Source: an uncultured delta proteobacterium
GTDB lineage: Bacteria; Myxococcota_A; Polyangia; Polyangiales; Houyiibacteriaceae
Assembly: GCA_963699755.1 (NCBI GenBank)
Contig: CAVOVB010000003.1
Location: 352,001-416,000 of the forward strand
Reading direction: 5' to 3'
DNA length: 64,000 nt
Made by a program: the position numbers and the translations under genes. The notes under the pieces are model-generated. The model was given only the letters and a program-made list of their open reading frames with translations, was not told where the DNA came from and made no database searches. Below are positions 58,736 to 64,000 of this stretch, in pieces (the stretch's first letter is position 1; every line of letters begins with the position of its first letter).

Positions 58736-59431
58736 GTGAAAGAACTGTCGTTCGACGTCGCCATGCTGGCAACACCTCACATCGACCACTACGCGAAGGC
58801 AACTCAGGCCAACTGGCAAGCCTACTGCGATCGCCATGGCTATCGCTTCGTCGCTTGGCGAGAGGTCGTGCTCGATGACATGCATCTCATCTGGTCGAAA
58901 ATCGAGTGGATGCGCCGCCACATGCGCGACATGACGGCCGACTGGCTGGTGGTCGTCGATGCCGATACGATGGTGAACCGGCCTGAACGAGAGCTCGCTG
59001 AGCTCGTGCACGCGCATCCGGGCAAGGATTTCATCATATCGGAGGACTGCTCGCGCAGGTTCGGGATCCCATTGCCGTTCACCCTGCGCGCAGTCATCTC
59101 TGCCCGCACCCTACGCCCGCCCAACTGCGGCTTCATGATGATTCGCAATTCCGACTTCGGAGTCCGCTTTCTCGATGAATGGCTCGAAAACGGTCGCGGG
59201 AGATTTGCCCACATCGCCGACGTCTTTCCGCGCGAGCAATGGGTCCTCTGGCTGTCGCTCTTTCGCGAGCAACGTGCTCGGATCGCGGTTCTGGGGAAGG
59301 AAGTCATGAGGATTGGCAATCAGCCTTTGCTCGATTGGACCACGGATTGGAGTGATGCGTTCGTGCTCCACGACAAGCGCCTTCCAAGCTGTGAATCGCT
59401 CAGCGTCGACGATTTACCGCTGAAGCGCTGA
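58736..59431 (+). CDS. GT34-like (GMA12/MNN10) glycosyltransferase
   Basis: AYCDRHGY, WSKI, VDADT (DxD), NCGFMMIRN, EQ; GGAGG SD before GTG 58736. Confidence 0.75.
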   Translation: MKELSFDVAMLATPHIDHYAKATQANWQAYCDRHGYRFVAWREVVLDDMHLIWSKIEWMRRHMRDMTADWLVVVDADTMVNRPERELAELVHAHPGKDFIISEDCSRRFGIPLPFTLRAVISARTLRPPNCGFMMIRNSDFGVRFLDEWLENGRGRFAHIADVFPREQWVLWLSLFREQRARIAVLGKEVMRIGNQPLLDWTTDWSDAFVLHDKRLPSCESLSVDDLPLKR

Positions 59432-59502
59432 GGCTATCTGACGCTAGTCGGGCCCGAGATTCTCGTGTTGTAGTCACCGGCCCATCCGTGCTTAGATGCC
59501 CG

Positions 59503-60495
59503 ATGCGCAGCATCTCCCTCCTCTTGCTCGTCGCCGTCCTCATCAGCGGAGACTCGTTCACCGCCGAAGCCCGAGCGGAAGCAACCCATCAGTTGCGAAT
59601 CGCCACCCTGGCTCCGCGCGACTCGCCCCTTGGCGACGTGTATCAGAACCTCAAAGTCGGCATGAAGAACCGGACCAACGGGCAGGTGAACATGAAGATG
59701 TACTACGGCGGCATCGCCGGCGATGAGATCACCGTCGTTCGGAAGATGCGCGTAGGACAACTCGATGGTGCTTTGATCACTGCGACCGGCTTGTCTGCCC
59801 TCGTTCGACAGGTGCTCGTCATGGAAGCACCAGGGCTGATACGAAGCTATCCCGAGCTCGACGCGGTGCGCGAAGACCTCGCTCCCGAGCTCGAAGCGCT
59901 CTTCGACAAGGCAGGGTACAAGCTCATTGCCTGGGGCGATGCGGGCAAGACCCGAATCTTCTCCACGAGCAAGATATTCTCACCGTCCGATCTGCAGAAC
60001 GTTCGGCCTTGGGTGTGGCGGGACTCGGCGACGATGAAAGCGTTCATCAAGGCTTCGGGTGCCAACGGCGTCTTGCTCAATCTGCCGGAGGTCTACTCCG
60101 GCCTCCAGACGGGGATCATCGACACGGTCATCGCCTCATCGGTCGCCGTCCTCGCCTTCCAGTGGCACACGAAGCTCAAGACCATGGCGAAGCAGGCGGG
60201 CGGTATCGTGACGGGCGCCTTCGTCATCAGAAAGGATCACCTCGAGACGCTCCCCAAGGAAGCTCGAGACTACCTCGACGAGGTGTCGGGCGAGACCGAA
60301 GAGGTGTTTCGGAGGGAAGGCCGAAAGATCGACGACGAGGCGGCGGTCACGCTTTCGGAGCGTCTCAAGGTGGTCAATCTCTTCCGAGCTCAGCGTCAGT
60401 GGGAGGCCGTCCAGTTCCAAGCCCGCGAGTCGCTCGTCGGCCGGATGTACTCCCGTGCGCTCCTCAACCGAGTTCAGCAAGTCCTCAAGAAATAG
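59503..60495 (+). CDS. TRAP transporter substrate-binding protein (DctP/TatP-like)
   Basis: Signal peptide, LRIATLAP, GG..GDE...RKMRVGQLDG, EVYSGLQTG.ID. Confidence 0.88.
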   Translation: MRSISLLLLVAVLISGDSFTAEARAEATHQLRIATLAPRDSPLGDVYQNLKVGMKNRTNGQVNMKMYYGGIAGDEITVVRKMRVGQLDGALITATGLSALVRQVLVMEAPGLIRSYPELDAVREDLAPELEALFDKAGYKLIAWGDAGKTRIFSTSKIFSPSDLQNVRPWVWRDSATMKAFIKASGANGVLLNLPEVYSGLQTGIIDTVIASSVAVLAFQWHTKLKTMAKQAGGIVTGAFVIRKDHLETLPKEARDYLDEVSGETEEVFRREGRKIDDEAAVTLSERLKVVNLFRAQRQWEAVQFQARESLVGRMYSRALLNRVQQVLKK

Positions 60496-60520
60496 CCCCG
60501 ACCAGGGGCACGGCGCGGGA

Positions 60521-60739
60521 CTACCCCTCTTCGAGCAAGGGAGGATTCTCCTGCGCCCACTGGTACGCCATGTACGAGGACAGCAGATGGCAAATCCAGC
60601 CGAGAAAACCACCGCTCCCAATCCAAAGACCGGGCGTGATGATCAGCCAAATCAAACCCCGCAAGAACTTACCGTTATAGAATTGGCCGAGGCCCGGAAT
60701 GATGAACGATAGGACTGCAGCCGTACCAGGTCGATCCAT
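60521..60739 (-). CDS. Small TM2-like membrane protein
   Basis: AAVLSFIIPGLGQFYNG motif. Confidence 0.8.
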   Translation of the reverse strand: MDRPGTAAVLSFIIPGLGQFYNGKFLRGLIWLIITPGLWIGSGGFLGWICHLLSSYMAYQWAQENPPLLEEG

Positions 60740-60745
60740 GTCCTG

Positions 60746-60773
60746 AAGATGCGTCGCTTCCGCCGCCTGTCAA
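60746..60773 (-). promoter_or_regulatory. Sigma70-like promoter TTGACA-16-CATCTT, 6 nt before ATG 60739
   Basis: Read directly on the minus strand. Confidence 0.45.
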
Positions 60774-60828
60774 CGGCCGCATTCGGCGTGATTGCGCCAG
60801 ACCCCAAACTCTGCCACCGCTCAGGGTC

Positions 60829-61938
60829 GTGAAGCTCTCAGCCGATAGATTGGCGCCTGCCTCGCATCCGATCGCGCGATTACCCGCCGAATGGGAAGAC
60901 CGCCTCGTGAGCTGGGGCGAGCCTCGCTATCGAGGCAAGCAGATCTTCGACTGGATCCATCGCCAGGGCGTCCTCGACCCGGACGAGATGAGCAATGTTC
61001 CAAAGCGTCTTCGAGAGCGACTGACAGCGGAAGGCCTCGGCTGGCCCATCGACATCGTTTCCACGCACGAGTCGGCCGATCAGACCAAGAAGCTCCTGGT
61101 CGGCATGCCCGATGGCGAGAAGGTCGAGACTGTGCTCATCCCGCAGCTCGAGGACGACCGCGTCGTGACCCAGTGCATTTCGAGCCAGGTCGGCTGCGCC
61201 ATGGGATGCGTGTTCTGTGCCTCCGGCGTGGCAGGCCTGAAGCGTCAGATGACCGACGCGGAGATCATCGCCCAGGTCTTGCTCGGTCGGCGTGAGCTCA
61301 ATCCCAACCAGAAGATCCGCAACGTGGTCTTCATGGGTATGGGCGAGCCTCTGCACAACTACGACGCGGTCGCGCGTGCTCTCGTTTTGCTGACCCACCC
61401 AGACGGCCTCGGCCTTTCCAAGCGGCGAGTCACGGTCTCCACAAGCGGCCTAGTCAAGCAAATCGATCGACTCGGCGAAGACTTTGCTGGCCAGGTGCAG
61501 CTCGCGATTTCCCTTCATGCGGTTCGTGACGAGGAACGTAGCACGATCATGCCGGTGAACCGCAAGCATGGTCTTGGCGAGCTCACCGATGCGTTGCGCC
61601 GCTATCCGCTCTCCAAGCGTCAGCGGATCACCATCGAATACACCTTGATCGAAGGCGTCAACGATTCGGTTCGTGATGCAAAGGAATTGGTCGAGCTGCT
61701 GCGTGGCATTCCAGTCAAGGTCAATCTGATTCCGATGAATCCGATCTCCGCATCGGATCTCCGCGCGCCCGACACCAGTCACGTGACGCGGTTCCAAGAG
61801 CAACTCACGCGGCGTGGGCTTTCAGTGTTCATCCGAAAGACGCGCGGAGACGACGTCGCCGCCGCCTGCGGGCAGCTCGCGTTCCATGGCTCACCCCGTA
61901 GAACGCTGCGTGGGGCCGCTGTGGACGACTCGGACTAG
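60829..61938 (+). CDS. rlmN: Dual-specificity 23S rRNA/tRNA methyltransferase RlmN (radical SAM)
   Basis: CISSQVGCAMGCVFC, MGMGEPLHN, ISLHA, VNLIP.N, AACGQL. Confidence 0.96.
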   Translation: MKLSADRLAPASHPIARLPAEWEDRLVSWGEPRYRGKQIFDWIHRQGVLDPDEMSNVPKRLRERLTAEGLGWPIDIVSTHESADQTKKLLVGMPDGEKVETVLIPQLEDDRVVTQCISSQVGCAMGCVFCASGVAGLKRQMTDAEIIAQVLLGRRELNPNQKIRNVVFMGMGEPLHNYDAVARALVLLTHPDGLGLSKRRVTVSTSGLVKQIDRLGEDFAGQVQLAISLHAVRDEERSTIMPVNRKHGLGELTDALRRYPLSKRQRITIEYTLIEGVNDSVRDAKELVELLRGIPVKVNLIPMNPISASDLRAPDTSHVTRFQEQLTRRGLSVFIRKTRGDDVAAACGQLAFHGSPRRTLRGAAVDDSD

Positions 61939-63053
61939 AGGCTACCTCTCGCTTTGAGCGCTTTCACGATGTGCGGGCGCTCCTTGTCCATGTCGTCAGG
62001 GGTCTTGATCGGCTGAAAGCGTGCATCGGGCCCATGCCGCTCGACGCGAAGGAATGCTGAGTCGAGGAACGATGTCAGCTCGCCCACGAGCCGCTCGAAC
62101 TGGATGGCTGGCTTGCCGTCGACCGTCTTGTTCACCGCGAACCAAGTCAGAGGGAAGTCCGCGTCGATGGCCGCCGCGTCCAAAACGAATGTATTGGTGT
62201 TGAAGACCGGGATGCGCTCCTGGTCGAAATCTTCCGGGAAGCGAAACGCCTCGACGATTTGAGGCTTGCCATTGACGCGTGCTGGGGCTCCGCCCTTGTC
62301 GCCTGCCTCCTTGGGCGCCATTTCGGCGGTCAGGGCCGCGCCGGATTCCAAGTGCGCCCCGATGATCGCGGGGTCGAGCGTTGCGGTCAGGTTGTCGACG
62401 TTCGACATCATGAGCACCCGACCGCCAGAGTCGCGAAACTCTTTCAGGATTCCAGAACGACGAAGCGCGAAGGTGAGGTCTCCATGACCGGGGGCGTGTG
62501 GCGAGAGCGCATCGTAGCCATCTCGAAACAACTCGCCATCGGGCGCGACCCGCAGTGAAATGAACTGCCCGAAGGTCTTGATGGGTACACGCTCGGTGCT
62601 GAGCGGCTCAGCCATCTTCCGAATCGCGTCGTCGGTGGCGAAGCTCGACATCAGGTAGACCGGAATCCTGGCATTGGCACGCTCTGCCACGGCGGCGATG
62701 TCTTTGAGCTTGAGCTCGAGGAACGACTGGCCGTCGAGGACCTCGACCGCCGCTTTCACGACACCGCCGAAGCGAGTCGCCATCCCGCCAGCGAGGATGA
62801 CGGCTGCGACCTCGCCGCGGCGCATCGCCTCTTGACCTCGCTCGGTAAGCGCCTGACGGAGGTCGGAGCCGAGTGGGGGTAGGGCTCTCAGGTCCCCCTC
62901 TTCGGGCGGCTCCACGCTGCCGGTGATCCGGTTCTGGGCTTCTCCGAGCTCTCCTCGGAGCATCCGTTCCTTGAGCGACTCGAAGGGAATGTCCTCGAAT
63001 CCATACCTTTGAAGAAGTTCAGCGGTGTCTGCGTCTATTTCTCGTGATGCCAT
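61935..63053 (-). CDS. UDPGP-family nucleotidyltransferase (UTP--sugar-1-phosphate uridylyltransferase, eukaryote-like type)
   Basis: LAGGMATRFG..K, PGHGD, SNVDNL, KGG, FNTNT, QFE, RFQPIK. Confidence 0.87.
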   Translation of the reverse strand: MASREIDADTAELLQRYGFEDIPFESLKERMLRGELGEAQNRITGSVEPPEEGDLRALPPLGSDLRQALTERGQEAMRRGEVAAVILAGGMATRFGGVVKAAVEVLDGQSFLELKLKDIAAVAERANARIPVYLMSSFATDDAIRKMAEPLSTERVPIKTFGQFISLRVAPDGELFRDGYDALSPHAPGHGDLTFALRRSGILKEFRDSGGRVLMMSNVDNLTATLDPAIIGAHLESGAALTAEMAPKEAGDKGGAPARVNGKPQIVEAFRFPEDFDQERIPVFNTNTFVLDAAAIDADFPLTWFAVNKTVDGKPAIQFERLVGELTSFLDSAFLRVERHGPDARFQPIKTPDDMDKERPHIVKALKARGSL

Positions 63054-63163
63054 CAGAATCGCCAAAACCGAAGCACTTTCTAAGCACTTTGTCGAGCGGG
63101 CCGCGCCCGCTCAGCGACGAGGGGGTGACGGCGGGCCCGGACGGACATACAGATAAGAGAGGA

Positions 63164-64000
63164 ATGATGGATTTCACCGCTCGGCTTACGGTAGTTCTCA
63201 CTGTTGGTATGGCCCTATTGATGGCCTTTCCGGTGTTAGCTGACTACGATGGTCCGGACGGCTATGGCGGCTCGACAGGGTATGGGTTCGAAGTCTCGCA
63301 CGACGGTTACAAGCGAGAAGGGCAGAGCACGGCAAGCCCCAACGAGGCGGATTACGTGGTCGTCGAAGCTGAAGAGGGGACCACCGAAGTCGTCGATGGG
63401 GAGACCGTGATCGTTGTGCAAGAGCCCGAGCCCATTGCCGCCACCGAGGAGGCGCCGCCGCCTCCGCAGACCGTCGTGGTCGTACAGCCCGAGGTCCAAT
63501 GTCCCGGGGCGATCTGGGTCGACGGTCACTGGGCCTACGGTAACGGTGAATACGTCTGGGTCGACGGGCACTGCGTCGTGGAAAGGGTCAACTACGTCTT
63601 CGTGCAGCCGCGCTGGGACTTCTATGCGAGCGTGTGGTGGTTCGTTCCGGGCTACTATCGACCGTGCGGCGTCTACGTGGGCTTTGGTTATTACCGACCC
63701 TGGCAATGGTTCCCGCCCTACTATCATCCGTACTACCGCGGGCGTTACCCCGTCCCGGCGCAAAGAAGCGTCCCGCGCCGCCCGACAACCGTTCAGGCAA
63801 GGCCTCCCGCTGGGCGACCGAGCCGCGGCGTCGTGAGTCGCCCCAGCTCTGCGCCTCGGGGCACTGCGAACGCCGGCCGCCGGCCTCCGACGAGCTACGG
63901 ACGCACAGGCACTGTCGGCCGCACGGGCAGTGCCACCCCCACCCGCACTGGAACCGTTGCGCGAGCACCAAGCACTCGCGCGGGCGCTGTGACACGCACC
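63164..64000 (+). CDS. Secreted YXWGXW/WXXGXW-repeat protein, truncated at window end (absent from the ORF track because it has no stop)
   Basis: Hand translation: signal MMDFTARL...AFPVLA, APPPPQ, IWVDGHW, YVWVDGH, FVQPRW, WFVPGYY, Arg/Gly/Thr-rich tail; GAGAGG SD. Confidence 0.8.
   Translation, partial: MMDFTARLTVVLTVGMALLMAFPVLADYDGPDGYGGSTGYGFEVSHDGYKREGQSTASPNEADYVVVEAEEGTTEVVDGETVIVVQEPEPIAATEEAPPPPQTVVVVQPEVQCPGAIWVDGHWAYGNGEYVWVDGHCVVERVNYVFVQPRWDFYASVWWFVPGYYRPCGVYVGFGYYRPWQWFPPYYHPYYRGRYPVPAQRSVPRRPTTVQARPPAGRPSRGVVSRPSSAPRGTANAGRRPPTSYGRTGTVGRTGSATPTRTGTVARAPSTRAGAVTRT

Overview
A gene-dense, high-GC bacterial chromosome segment with about 62 CDS. I found no rRNA, tRNA, CRISPR array, transposase or prophage. 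The gene repertoire (Pkn-type Ser/Thr kinase, FHA, TPR and HEAT proteins, an atypical Hsp70, pilT/pilC/pilS, a YXWGXW-repeat protein) points to a myxobacterium (Myxococcota, probably Polyangia); this is an inference. Most of the window is housekeeping: gyrA, hisBHAF, trpGDC, purMN, glnD, rplC, rlmE, tatD, metG, holB, mazG, efp/epmA, xerD, sucCD, mdh, ndk, dapD and rlmN. The most notable items are: (1) a translationally coupled TPR/outer-membrane-like protein plus membrane Ser/Thr kinase pair inserted between pilT and pilC; (2) an Hsp70 with a ~200-aa disordered insert and no lid, followed by a J-domain partner; (3) a stand-alone rplC with its own promoter, followed in frame by an rlmE that has no canonical start codon; (4) a GlnD whose HD motif is HS; (5) two tail-to-tail FHA-Zn-ribbon paralogs; (6) a long MlaD that may span the envelope; (7) several leaderless-type promoters. 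All product calls come from recognising motifs by eye; no database searches were run.
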